From an uncultured archaeon (GTDB lineage: Archaea; Nanobdellota; Nanobdellia; Pacearchaeales; GW2011-AR1): a DNA stretch of 64,000 bases. The stretch spans positions 9,116-73,115 of the forward strand of contig CAKZRD010000019.1 in NCBI GenBank assembly GCA_937143345.1. Reading direction: 5' to 3'. The position numbers were made by a program, and so were the translations under genes. Positions 47,280 through 56,146 of this stretch are shown here, piece after piece (positions within the stretch are counted from its first letter, which is position 1; every line of letters begins with the position of its first letter). The notes beneath the pieces were generated by a model, which did no database searches, was not told the origin of the DNA, and saw only the letters and a list, made by a program, of their open reading frames with translations.

Positions 47280-48542
47280 ATGCCGGAAACCAACAACTAT
47301 TTAAGCTTTTTTCTTATTGAGAATATGAAGAAAATGATAAAAAAAGAGAATATAAAATACGTTTTAAGGAATCTAAAAAGGAGAAAAACAAGAACTTTTT
47401 TAACTTCTCTTTCTATTCTAATAGGTGTTGCGACTATATTTATTTTTATTAGTTTTGGGGCAGGACTTTACGAATATATAAATGAATTAACCTCTGGTTC
47501 TTCTGTAAATAAGATTATTATTCAACCAAAAGGTTTTGGTACTGTTGGTTTATTTGATAAAAAGATTCAATTAACAGAAAAAGATGTGAAGATTACGGAA
47601 AATATTCCTGGAGTAAAAAGGGTTAGCCCATTATACTTCGGTGTTGCAGAAGTATCTCAAGAAAAAGAAAGGATTTATTCGTTTATACTCGGTTATGATG
47701 CTGAAAAACCCTTAATCTTTGAAGTATCGAACATCGGTTTAGAAAAGGGAAGATTTCTTCAAAAAGGAGAAAAAAACAAAGTTCTTTTGGGATACAACTA
47801 TATGGTAGAAAATAAAATTTTTCCGAAAAAATACGATATAAATCAAAAAATAAAAATAAATAATGAAGAAATGCAAATTGTTGGCTTTATTCGAGAAATA
47901 GGAAACCCTCAAGACGATGCACAAATATATATAACAAAGGAATACTTTGAAGAAGTTTATCCAGAAACAACTAGTTATAGTTGGATTATAGCAGAAGGAG
48001 ATATAAAAGAAATTGATTCTATAGTAGAAAAAATTGAAAATAGATTAAGAAATGAAAAAAACCAAAAAAAAGGAGAAGAAACTTTTTTTGTGCAAACCTT
48101 CGACGATTTGATAAAAACATATCTTTCTGTTTTAAATATAATTATTGGTTTTGTAATATTAATTGCTTTAGTTTCTGTTATTGTTTCTGCAATAAACACT
48201 TCTAATACGATGATAACTTCTGTTTTAGAAAGATATAAAGAAATAGGGGTAATGAAAGCAACTGGTGCAAAAAACACTGAAATTTTATCTATTTTTGTTT
48301 TTGAATCATCTTTAATAGGGTTTATCGCAGGAATTTGCGGGGTTTTGCTTGGTGCTTTTTTAAGTTTCTTAGGAGAAAAAATTCTAACCAACCTGGGTTG
48401 GAGCTTTCTAAAGCCGTTTTTTTCTCTTTGGCTCTTTGTTGGTTGTATTTTATTTGCGACTTTAACTGGGGCCATATCTGGAGCGTTACCTGCGATTCGC
48501 GCCTCGAGAATTAATGTAGTTAATGCTCTGAAATATGAATAA
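47280..48542 (+). CDS. ABC transporter permease, MacB/FtsX-like; paralog of 41861..43054
   Basis: Same architecture. Conserved block NTMITSVLERYKEIGVMKATGAKN. Confidence 0.75.
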   Translation: MPETNNYLSFFLIENMKKMIKKENIKYVLRNLKRRKTRTFLTSLSILIGVATIFIFISFGAGLYEYINELTSGSSVNKIIIQPKGFGTVGLFDKKIQLTEKDVKITENIPGVKRVSPLYFGVAEVSQEKERIYSFILGYDAEKPLIFEVSNIGLEKGRFLQKGEKNKVLLGYNYMVENKIFPKKYDINQKIKINNEEMQIVGFIREIGNPQDDAQIYITKEYFEEVYPETTSYSWIIAEGDIKEIDSIVEKIENRLRNEKNQKKGEETFFVQTFDDLIKTYLSVLNIIIGFVILIALVSVIVSAINTSNTMITSVLERYKEIGVMKATGAKNTEILSIFVFESSLIGFIAGICGVLLGAFLSFLGEKILTNLGWSFLKPFFSLWLFVGCILFATLTGAISGALPAIRASRINVVNALKYE

Positions 48543-48648
48543 AGTTTTAAAAATCTTAAAGAGATCATTTTTAATTTAAAAAACCACACAATAATTTTTA
48601 AATCATTTTTTATCCTGAGAGAAATAAATGATAAATAAATTTTTTCTA

Positions 48649-49485
48649 CTAAAAAATTTTCTTTTTTCTTTTCTTTTTGTAAATCAAGAAAGAAATAATA
48701 AGAACAAAAGAAATTGCTAAGATTATATAAGTATTATATGATTTTCCATTTTTCTTTGTGTGTTCAAAAAAAGAAGGGTTAAAAATTATTTCTTTCTCCA
48801 CGCTCCTTCTTTCTCCGATTTTATCGATGTAACTGACTATCATTTTTATCTTTCCATCAAAAGGAATTGCTGTAAAGTCTGTCGAAGTGTAGTCTCTTGA
48901 ATCTAAATCTCCAACAATGTTTTTATTTCCTCCGAGAATTTTTATATTTTCTTGTTGAGGAACTTCCAAAATTAAAGAATAAACATCTTTTTTTCCAAGA
49001 TTTATTATCTCTAATGTTAATCTTTTTGTTGAATAATCATAATTTTTTACGATAACATCAAAATCTGCTTTGACTTCTTCTATTTTTATCGAAAAATTTT
49101 TAACAATTTTAAAATCTGTTTGTCCTTTTGTTGAATATGAAATCTCTATTTCACTATCTCCATCTATTGCATCTTTATCTATCCTCACTTTATAAGGAAC
49201 AATCCAATTTGAGCTAAAACCTCTTGAAAAAGTACCTGAATTCATTTTTTTTATAGACACAAATTCTGGCTCAAAAATCAAAGGATAATTTCTTAAAAGT
49301 TCCAAAGTTATTTCTCCGCAAGAAGGTGAACTTATCTCAGAAACAACAAAAACAAGCTTAACATAATCTCCAGGAACAGCAGGGTAAGGGTCTTGGTTTA
49401 ATAAGGAAATTTTTGGATTACATTCTGATGCTGTACTAAATATAATTGCAAAAACTAGAATAGCAAAAAACAAAATTTTTCTCAT
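48649..49485 (-). CDS. Secreted surface protein with C-terminal TM and poly-Lys tail (CARDB/DUF11-like beta-rich)
   Basis: Signal peptide, beta-strand-rich sequence, C-terminal TM + KKKRKKK. Confidence 0.4.
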   Translation of the reverse strand: MRKILFFAILVFAIIFSTASECNPKISLLNQDPYPAVPGDYVKLVFVVSEISSPSCGEITLELLRNYPLIFEPEFVSIKKMNSGTFSRGFSSNWIVPYKVRIDKDAIDGDSEIEISYSTKGQTDFKIVKNFSIKIEEVKADFDVIVKNYDYSTKRLTLEIINLGKKDVYSLILEVPQQENIKILGGNKNIVGDLDSRDYTSTDFTAIPFDGKIKMIVSYIDKIGERRSVEKEIIFNPSFFEHTKKNGKSYNTYIILAISFVLIISFLIYKKKRKKKIF

Positions 49486-49755
49486 ATAAGGTTAAAAAAA
49501 AGGCAATTTATAAACTTTATTAAATCTTTATGTTTGTTTCTTTTATCTCTTTTGAGTGCTGGTCAAACTCACCTTTAATAAGACAATCAAAACATATTTT
49601 AAAAGTCCCATCTTTTTCTTTTACTCTACCAGTTCCCTTACATTTTGGACAATTCTTGTTAACCATATTTTTTCATAAAAAAACTCGATTAAAAAGGTTT
49701 TCTATGTTTTAATATAAACCAACAAATTTAAAAATGGGTTATTTTTTTATTTTTC

Positions 49756-49980
49756 ATGGCTAAAAAATGTATTTATTGTTTAAAAGAAATAGAAGAAGAG
49801 TTTGTAGTTGATATCTGTGAAAAGTGTATGTATAGGGTGTGGGGACCTAAAATGTCTGAAGCAATAATTTCCTCAATGACAAAAGAAAAAGAAAAAGGAA
49901 ATTTGGAATTAGGTGTAGTTAGCGAAGAAGCAAAAGAACTTTTAAAGACTGATTCTTTTAAACCAAAATTAAATAATTAA
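49756..49980 (+). CDS. Small zinc-ribbon protein
   Basis: CIYC...CEKC pair in a 74 aa ORF. Confidence 0.35.
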   Translation: MAKKCIYCLKEIEEEFVVDICEKCMYRVWGPKMSEAIISSMTKEKEKGNLELGVVSEEAKELLKTDSFKPKLNN

Positions 49981-50014
49981 AAACCTTTTTAAATCGAAAA
50001 AAACAAGTTCTAAA

Positions 50015-50269
50015 ATGACAAAAAGAAAACAAAGCATTAGAAAAAAAGGGAAGATTTCACTTAGTGAATACTTTAAAAAATTAAATATGGGGGAAGTTGT
50101 CTCAATAAAAAAAGAAGCAAATATAAATTCTTCTTTCCCTAATAGAATTAGCAGTAATTTAGGAAAAATAGTTGGTAAAAGAGGGGCATATTTTCTTGTT
50201 GAAATAGGGAGCGGAAAAAAATCAAAAGAGTTCTTAATACATCCAATTAATTTAAGGAGAACAAAATGA
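50015..50269 (+). CDS. rpl21e: Ribosomal protein L21e
   Basis: RKKGKISLSEYFKKLNMGEVVSIK...GKRGAYFLVEI matches the L21e pattern (kkG.iplS.yl..f..Gd.V.I ... G.tG.V). Conserved position before rpoF/COG1491. Confidence 0.65.
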   Translation: MTKRKQSIRKKGKISLSEYFKKLNMGEVVSIKKEANINSSFPNRISSNLGKIVGKRGAYFLVEIGSGKKSKEFLIHPINLRRTK

Positions 50270-50574
50270 TAAAAGAAAAAATACCAATAACCATCGCAGA
50301 AACTATTGAGATAAGTGGGGAGAAAGAAAAATCAAAAAAATTAAAGAGTTTCATGAAAGAATTTAAAGATTTTACAATTTTAGACAAAAAGAAATCAGAT
50401 GAGCTAAAAAATAAACTAGACTCTTTGAACATATACAAATTAAATGAAGAAGCGATCGTAAGTCTAATTAATTTCATACCTAAAGATGCGCAAGATGTAA
50501 TGAAGATATTGCCAGAAATTTCACTAAATCTGGAAGAAATAAACAAAATATTGGGTGTTTTTAAGGAGGTTTAA
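50266..50574 (+). CDS. rpoF: Probable RNA polymerase subunit F (Rpb4-like)
   Basis: Size (102 aa), HRDC-like C-terminus (KLNEEAIVSLINFIPKDAQDVMKILPEISLNLEEINKIL), and the conserved L21e-RpoF-COG1491 gene order in archaea. Confidence 0.4.
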   Translation: MIKEKIPITIAETIEISGEKEKSKKLKSFMKEFKDFTILDKKKSDELKNKLDSLNIYKLNEEAIVSLINFIPKDAQDVMKILPEISLNLEEINKILGVFKEV

Positions 50575-51111
50575 ATGGAAAAAGAAGAGTACGCAATCGT
50601 TCTTGATTTCCTTCCTTACGGTTACCCTTTAGAAAAAATTCATTTCCCTATTGTTCAGGCAATAGGAAAAAAAAATCTTGTTTTGTTACATTTAGTTCCT
50701 AGAAAAAATGTTCATTTTGAACCGAAAGAAATTGTTTATATTGGCGAAGAGAAAAGAGACAAAATTCATTTCATAAAAGGAAGATTACATAGAGAAAAAT
50801 TAACTGAAAATGCAAAACTTCTTCTTCCCGAGATCATCCAAAATTATATTAAAGAAAATGAAAAAGAAATTCTGGATTTTATAAATAAATCGGAAGCAAT
50901 AAATAAAAGACTTCATCCATTAGAACTTTTACCGGGTTTTGGTAACAAACATTGTCAAGATATTCTTAAAGAGAGAGAAATTAAACCTTTTGAATCTTTA
51001 GATGAGATAAATAAAAGAATTCCGCATATCCAAGATTTGAGAAATGCTATAGAAAAAAGAATATTCCAAGAATTAACTCATATGGAGAGATACAATCTGT
51101 TTACAAAATGA
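50575..51111 (+). CDS. COG1491/DUF655 predicted nucleic-acid-binding protein
   Basis: EEYAIVLDFLPYG...IVQAIGKK...VLLHLVPRK...IVYIGEEKRDKI ... LELLPGFGNKHCQDILKERE..PFESLDEI matches the conserved archaeal DUF655 pattern. Confidence 0.6.
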   Translation: MEKEEYAIVLDFLPYGYPLEKIHFPIVQAIGKKNLVLLHLVPRKNVHFEPKEIVYIGEEKRDKIHFIKGRLHREKLTENAKLLLPEIIQNYIKENEKEILDFINKSEAINKRLHPLELLPGFGNKHCQDILKEREIKPFESLDEINKRIPHIQDLRNAIEKRIFQELTHMERYNLFTK

Positions 51112-51566
51112 AAGAAGAACAATCTTTTAAGTCCTTGGTGAGAATAGCAGGCACAGACATAGATACAAACGCAAGAGTTTACAAAGGATTGACTTCTATA
51201 AAAGGAATTTCCTGGGCAGTCTCTAATGCAATATGCAAAAAACTTACTATTGAAAAAAATAAAAAAGTTAGAGATTTAACAGAGGAAGAAATAAAAAAGA
51301 TAGAAGAGAGTTTAACAAATTTAGATATTCCTAATTTTTTAAAGAATAGAAAAAGAGATTTCGAAGAAGGTGATGATAAACACTTAATAGGGACAAACCT
51401 TGCATTAAAAACTGAATTTGATATAAAAAGAATGAAAAAAATAAAGAGCTATAAGGGTATTAGGCATCAGTTGGACCAGCCAGTAAGAGGACAAAGAACA
51501 AAATCGCATTTCAGAAAGAATAAAAATAAGAGTGGCGGAGGGGTTAAAAAGAAAAAAGCTGAATAA
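51108..51566 (+). CDS. rps13: Ribosomal protein S13 (uS13)
   Basis: VRIAGTDIDTNARVYKGLTSIKGIS and a basic C-terminus. Confidence 0.9.
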   Translation: MKEEQSFKSLVRIAGTDIDTNARVYKGLTSIKGISWAVSNAICKKLTIEKNKKVRDLTEEEIKKIEESLTNLDIPNFLKNRKRDFEEGDDKHLIGTNLALKTEFDIKRMKKIKSYKGIRHQLDQPVRGQRTKSHFRKNKNKSGGGVKKKKAE

Positions 51567-52027
51567 TGGGAATAAAAAGAAAAGACAACAAATATAGAAA
51601 ACCTAAAAAACCTTTTGATGGAAAAAGAATTCAAGAAGAAAAACAGATTTTGAATAAATTTGGATTAAAAAATAAAAAAGAAATTTGGAAAGCAGAATTT
51701 CAAATCAATATTTTAAAAGCAAAGGCTAAACAAATTATGAATTCTGACGAAGAAAAAAAGAAAAACTTTGTTGAAAAATTAAAAAGAAAGTGCTTTGACA
51801 TAAATAATGTTTTAGATGTCCTCGACTTAACAAAAGAAAATTGGCTCGAGAGGAGATTACAAACTTTTGTTTTAAAGAAAGGTTTGGCAAAAACAATTAA
51901 AGAGGCTAGACAGTTAATTACACATAAAAAAATAATTGTTGGAAAAAGAATTGTAAATATTCCTTCCTACTTTGTCACAAAAGATGAAGAAAATAAAATT
52001 AAATTGAAAGAAGAAAAAAATGGTTAA
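51566..52027 (+). CDS. rps4: Ribosomal protein S4 (uS4)
   Basis: S4 RNA-binding domain RRLQTFVLKKGLAKTIKEARQLITHKKIIVGKRIVNIPSYFV. Confidence 0.9.
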   Translation: MGIKRKDNKYRKPKKPFDGKRIQEEKQILNKFGLKNKKEIWKAEFQINILKAKAKQIMNSDEEKKKNFVEKLKRKCFDINNVLDVLDLTKENWLERRLQTFVLKKGLAKTIKEARQLITHKKIIVGKRIVNIPSYFVTKDEENKIKLKEEKNG

Positions 52028-52403
52028 AGAAGAAAAAGCAATGATTGTTTATATTTATTGTACTCAGAATAATACTCACGTACAGGTTACCGATATGGCT
52101 GGAAATACTATTGCTAGAATAACTGGTGGATTAATAACAAAACATGACCGTCTTAAGGCAGATCCTACTGTGGCAATGTTCATAACAAAAAGAATAAAAG
52201 AACTAATAAAAGATTACGAAGTAAATTCCCTATATGTAAGAATAAGAGGAAAAACTGGGGAAAGTGGGCCCACACAAGCTGGAAATATGGTAATAAAAAC
52301 TTTAGCAAAAGAAGGATTTAACATTCTTTCAATAAGTAATTTTACGAGGGTTCCTCGTGGCGGACCTAAAAAGAAAGGGGGTAGAAGGGGTAGAAGAGTT
52401 TAA
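52020..52403 (+). CDS. rps11: Ribosomal protein S11 (uS11)
   Basis: HVQVTDMAGNTI...SLYVRIRGKTGESGPTQAGNMVIKTLAKEGFNILSISNFTRVPRGGPKKKGGRRGRRV. Confidence 0.9.
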   Translation: MVKEEKAMIVYIYCTQNNTHVQVTDMAGNTIARITGGLITKHDRLKADPTVAMFITKRIKELIKDYEVNSLYVRIRGKTGESGPTQAGNMVIKTLAKEGFNILSISNFTRVPRGGPKKKGGRRGRRV

Positions 52404-52427
52404 AAATGCTTTCTTCAATTTAAAAAA

Positions 52428-53132
52428 ATGGAAAAAGTTTTCAAATCTCCTGAAAAAGAAGTTTTATTATTAGATAATAGCACAACATTAGCAAATGCCT
52501 TAAGAAGGGCTATTTATGAAGTTAAAACTCTTGCTGTAACTGAAGTTGAATTTTTCAAGAACGATTCTGTTTTATATGATGAGATACTTGCTCATAGGAT
52601 TGGATTAATTCCATTAAAAAATGAAAAAATAAAAGAAGGTTCTTTTATAGAATTACCATTAAAATTCGAAGCAAAAAATGATGGGGATGAAATTGTTTCC
52701 CAGGATTTAGGAAAACAGGTTGCAATAGATAATTTACCTATTGTGAGATTAAATAAAGGACAAAAAATAGAGTTTATAGCAAGAGCAAAAATTGGCACGG
52801 GAAAAGAACATTCAAGACATCTTCCTGGATTAATCTATTATTATCATTTAAATAAGGTTTCATTAAAAAAGGAAGCAAAAAAACATTTAGAATTGGCTGA
52901 AAGATTTCCGAGAGTTTTTGAGGTAAAAAATGAAGAAGTTGAAATTAAAAATGAATGGGCTTGCAATTTTGATGAAGAAGATGTTGATGTTAAAGGTGTT
53001 GAAATAAAACCTACAGAAAAAATTGTTTTTATTGTTGAGAGTTTTGGTATGATGCCTCTGGAAGAAATTATAGAGTCTTGCGTGAAAATTTTAGAAAAAA
53101 ATCTCGAAGAAGTGAAAAAGGAACTTTCTTAA
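52428..53132 (+). CDS. rpoD: DNA-directed RNA polymerase subunit D (Rpb3-like)
   Basis: ANALRRAIYEVKTLAVTEVEFFKNDSVLYDEILAHRIGLIPLK. Canonical position after S13-S4-S11. Confidence 0.85.
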   Translation: MEKVFKSPEKEVLLLDNSTTLANALRRAIYEVKTLAVTEVEFFKNDSVLYDEILAHRIGLIPLKNEKIKEGSFIELPLKFEAKNDGDEIVSQDLGKQVAIDNLPIVRLNKGQKIEFIARAKIGTGKEHSRHLPGLIYYYHLNKVSLKKEAKKHLELAERFPRVFEVKNEEVEIKNEWACNFDEEDVDVKGVEIKPTEKIVFIVESFGMMPLEEIIESCVKILEKNLEEVKKELS

Positions 53133-53299
53133 AAATTTATTAAAAAAGTTAAGATAATAAACTAAAAGAATATCGGAATTTAAAAAATTTATAATCTCTC
53201 TTATTCGAAATTAAATCTTAAACAGCTAATTAATCTTGTAATCATCTAAAACAATTATACAAAATCTTTTTAATTGGGAAAATGTTTATTTAATAGTTT

Positions 53300-53382
53300 G
53301 CGGAGATGCCGGAGTGGTCAAACGGGTCGCGCTAAGGACGCGATGGCTTTTGCCTGCAGGGGTTCGAATCCTCTTCTCCGCA
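53300..53382 (+). tRNA. tRNA-Leu (type II, long variable arm); anticodon loop reads CUAAGGA (anticodon AAG by manual fold)
   Basis: Acceptor GCGGAGA/UCUCCGC + A73. Anticodon stem UCGCG/CGCGA. Variable arm GGC-UUUU-GCC. T-arm AGGGG-UUCGAAU-CCUCU. No encoded CCA. Confidence 0.75.
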
Positions 53383-53421
53383 TTAGAAACTTTTTTAATC
53401 TTTTTTTATTTTAGAATTTTA
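53383..53421 (+). terminator. T-rich tract between the two tRNAs (archaeal oligo-T termination signal)
   Basis: cttttttaatctttttttatttt immediately 3' of tRNA-Leu. Confidence 0.3.
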
Positions 53422-53496
53422 GCCCTGGTAGCTCAGTTTGGATAGAGCATCGCACTCCTAATGCGAGGGTCGGAGGTTCAAATCCTCCCCCGGGCG
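53422..53496 (+). tRNA. tRNA-Arg (anticodon CCU)
   Basis: D-arm GCUC/GAGC. Anticodon stem UCGCA/UGCGA with loop CUCCUAA. T-arm GGAGG-UUCAAAU-CCUCC. One U-C mismatch in the acceptor stem under my fold. Confidence 0.8.
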
Positions 53497-53533
53497 TTTG
53501 TAATCTAGAAAAATAATTAAATTTCGTATAAAC

Positions 53534-54979
53534 TTAATTAAATTTTTTAAATAAAATTTCGCTTTTTTTTATTTTTTTAATTTCTAATGGAACGTTGATT
53601 TTTTCAAAAGTATTTTCTCCGACTTCAAAATTAAAATCTTTTGCAACTTTTTCCATAGAAAATGGCATGAAGGGCCAAAGAAGAATTCCTATTATTTTTA
53701 TTGAGTCGGCGACATTATAAAGTAATTTTTTGTCTCTTGTTTCCCAAAGTTTATTTTTTTGTATAAATTCATTACAAAAATCAACAAAAGAAAATATTTC
53801 ATTTAAAACTTTATCAACTTCAAAATTCTCAAATAAAATTTTTATTTTTTCTAAATCGATTTTTTTCTTCAACGAATTTTCGCACATTTCCATTTGATTT
53901 TTTTCAATTAAATTAGAAATTCTAGAGAAAAGATTTCCTAACTTATTTGCTAATTCATTATTGTGTCTTTTAATCAATTCTTTCTCTGAAAAATCTCCAT
54001 CTTTTCCTTCTGCAAATGGGAATTGTCTCGCAATAAAATACCTTACACTATCGCACCCATATTTTTCAACAAGAGTTTTTGGAGAAATTACATTTCCTAA
54101 ACTTTTGCTTATTTTCTGTCCATTGAAAGAAAGAAAACCGTGAACAAAAATATGTTTGGGCAATTCAAATCCTGCAGATTTTAAAAAGGCCGGCCAATAA
54201 ACTCCGTGAAACCAGCCATTATCTTTTCCTAAAAGATGAACATCTGCGGGCCAAAACTCTTTATTTTTTCCAGCACCGGTTATATAATTAAACAGGGCGT
54301 CGAACCAAACATAAATAACATGTTTTTTATTCCCTGGAAATTGAATTCCCCAATCAAAGCTTGTCCTTGAAATGCTTAAATCCTTAAGTCCTTCTTTAAC
54401 TCTTGAAAAAAGTTCGTTTCTTCTTTCTTCTGGCAAAATAAATTTTGGATTTTTTTCATAAAGTTCTAAAAGAAAATCCCTGTATTTACTCAGTCTAAAA
54501 AAATAACTTTCTTCCTTTATAATCTCAGGTTCTTTGTTGTGGTAAGGACATTTTCCATCAATTAAATCTTTTTCTGTTAAATAATTTTCACAACCAACAC
54601 AATAATACCCCTCATATTCTCCGAGGTAGATATCATTATTTTTTTTACATTTCTCAATTACATTCTGAACAAGTTTTTCATGATCTCCGTCAGTAGTTCT
54701 TATAAACCGATTATAATTTATATTCAAAATTTTCCATGCTTCTTTAAATTTTTCAGATTTTTCATCAACAAATTTTCTTGGGCTTTCTCCGTTTTTTTCA
54801 GCTTCTCTTTGAATTTTTTTTCCATGCTCATCTAATCCTGTTAAAAACCAAACTTTCTCTCCTAAAACCCTATGCCATCTTGCCAAAATATCTGCTATAA
54901 TTTTTTGATAAGCATGGCCTAAGTGCGGATCAGCATTTGGATAATCTATTGCAGTTGTAACATAAAATTTTTTTGCCAT
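53534..54979 (-). CDS. metG: Methionyl-tRNA synthetase (short form lacking C-terminal appended domain)
   Basis: HIGH region DPHLGHAYQ, Zn knuckle CVGCENY...CPYH, KMSKS variant GQKISKSLGN. 481 aa. Confidence 0.9.
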   Translation of the reverse strand: MAKKFYVTTAIDYPNADPHLGHAYQKIIADILARWHRVLGEKVWFLTGLDEHGKKIQREAEKNGESPRKFVDEKSEKFKEAWKILNINYNRFIRTTDGDHEKLVQNVIEKCKKNNDIYLGEYEGYYCVGCENYLTEKDLIDGKCPYHNKEPEIIKEESYFFRLSKYRDFLLELYEKNPKFILPEERRNELFSRVKEGLKDLSISRTSFDWGIQFPGNKKHVIYVWFDALFNYITGAGKNKEFWPADVHLLGKDNGWFHGVYWPAFLKSAGFELPKHIFVHGFLSFNGQKISKSLGNVISPKTLVEKYGCDSVRYFIARQFPFAEGKDGDFSEKELIKRHNNELANKLGNLFSRISNLIEKNQMEMCENSLKKKIDLEKIKILFENFEVDKVLNEIFSFVDFCNEFIQKNKLWETRDKKLLYNVADSIKIIGILLWPFMPFSMEKVAKDFNFEVGENTFEKINVPLEIKKIKKSEILFKKFN

Positions 54980-55215
54980 ACTTTTTTTAGTTTAAGAAAG
55001 TATAAAAATCTTATCTATCCATAATTTTTAGGTATTCAAATAAAATTTTTCTGTTTTTGGAGTGGAGCGGAAAATTATTATTGAAATCTGATGCTTAATT
55101 TTGAAATTTGCGAAAACATTTAAGAAAAAAATAAAAATTTATGTTTTAAAAATCTAAAACCGACTTAGTTAAAATAAAAAAACAAATTTATAAACTTTGT
55201 TTTTTCAAGAAGATT

Positions 55216-55800
55216 ATGCGAGAATTTATTTATTATTCGAAATCTGCTGTGACATCTGGAACTTTTATAAAAGAAGATTTAATGCAAGCCGGGAGAATGG
55301 ATATTGCGATAAACGTTGTTATCTCTTGTTTTTTTCTTTCTCATGATATAAGGAAAGACGTTAGGCTTCACTTAGTTTTCGAAGGGAGGCCGAATCCACC
55401 AGTCCATATAAAAATAGAATACGACAAAAATTTACCAATTTCGAAGAAAGATGTTGCAGGTTTAATCAAGAGAATTTTGTTTAAATGTCCTCGTGAAAAA
55501 GGAAAAGTAGTTAATGTTTTTCCAGGCTGTTTTGTAGAAAAAAAATCATTAAATGAACTTATAGAAGAACTCGACTTGCAAGGAAAAAACATTTTTTTAT
55601 TAGATAAGAACGGGGAAGATATAAGAAATATTAATCTTAAAGGAAATGAAGTTTTTCTCATAGGAGACCACGAAGGATTTCCTCATGAAAAAAAGCCTCT
55701 CTTGAAAAGAATAGACAAAATCTCTGTTTCCCTTAAAACTCTTTTTGCTTCGCATGTTGTTGTTTTGATACATAATGAAATAGACAGACAAAGTATTTAG
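55216..55800 (+). CDS. SPOUT-class RNA methyltransferase, TrmY (tRNA pseudouridine54 N1-MTase)-like
   Basis: 194 aa. N-terminus MREFIYYS resembles archaeal TrmY/DUF358 proteins. Trefoil-knot-like C-terminal half (VFLIGDHEGFP). Assignment from memory of the family pattern. Confidence 0.4.
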   Translation: MREFIYYSKSAVTSGTFIKEDLMQAGRMDIAINVVISCFFLSHDIRKDVRLHLVFEGRPNPPVHIKIEYDKNLPISKKDVAGLIKRILFKCPREKGKVVNVFPGCFVEKKSLNELIEELDLQGKNIFLLDKNGEDIRNINLKGNEVFLIGDHEGFPHEKKPLLKRIDKISVSLKTLFASHVVVLIHNEIDRQSI

Positions 55801-55835
55801 AAAAATATATAAAACAATTTTGCATTTATTTTAAT

Positions 55836-56114
55836 ATGAAAATAGCTTGTAAAATTATTGTTTCTGGAACAGTACAGAATGTCTTTTATAGAAGGTTTAT
55901 TAAAGAAAAAGCAGATAATTTGGGTTTATGCGGTTTTGTTAGAAATCTTCAAAATGGAGACGTTGAAATTTTCGTCGAGGGAGATAAAAACAAAATCAAA
56001 GAATTGATTGAAGAAGCAAAAAAAGAACCAAAATACTCTCTTGTTAAAAATGTCACAATAGAAGAAAAAAAATGGGTAGGTGAATCTAAAGAATTTAAAA
56101 TTTTGAGTTTCTAA
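55836..56114 (+). CDS. acyP: Acylphosphatase
   Basis: VSGTVQNVFYRRFI (V-x-G-x-V-Q-G-V-x-F-R) and GFVRNLQNGDVEIFVEG (G-W-V-R-N-x-x-D-G-S-V-E). Confidence 0.8.
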   Translation: MKIACKIIVSGTVQNVFYRRFIKEKADNLGLCGFVRNLQNGDVEIFVEGDKNKIKELIEEAKKEPKYSLVKNVTIEEKKWVGESKEFKILSF

Positions 56115-56146
56115 ATATTTTTAAAGCCTATTTTCTAAAGTTAATT

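Noticed and set aside
47739-48589. Minus-strand ORFs 47739..47924 and 47975..48589 (204 aa)
   Set aside because: They are antisense to the MacB/FtsX permease, whose TM and conserved block are clear.
50247-50546. Minus-strand 99 aa ORF
   Set aside because: It is antisense to the probable rpoF and the start of the DUF655 gene, within a conserved operon context.
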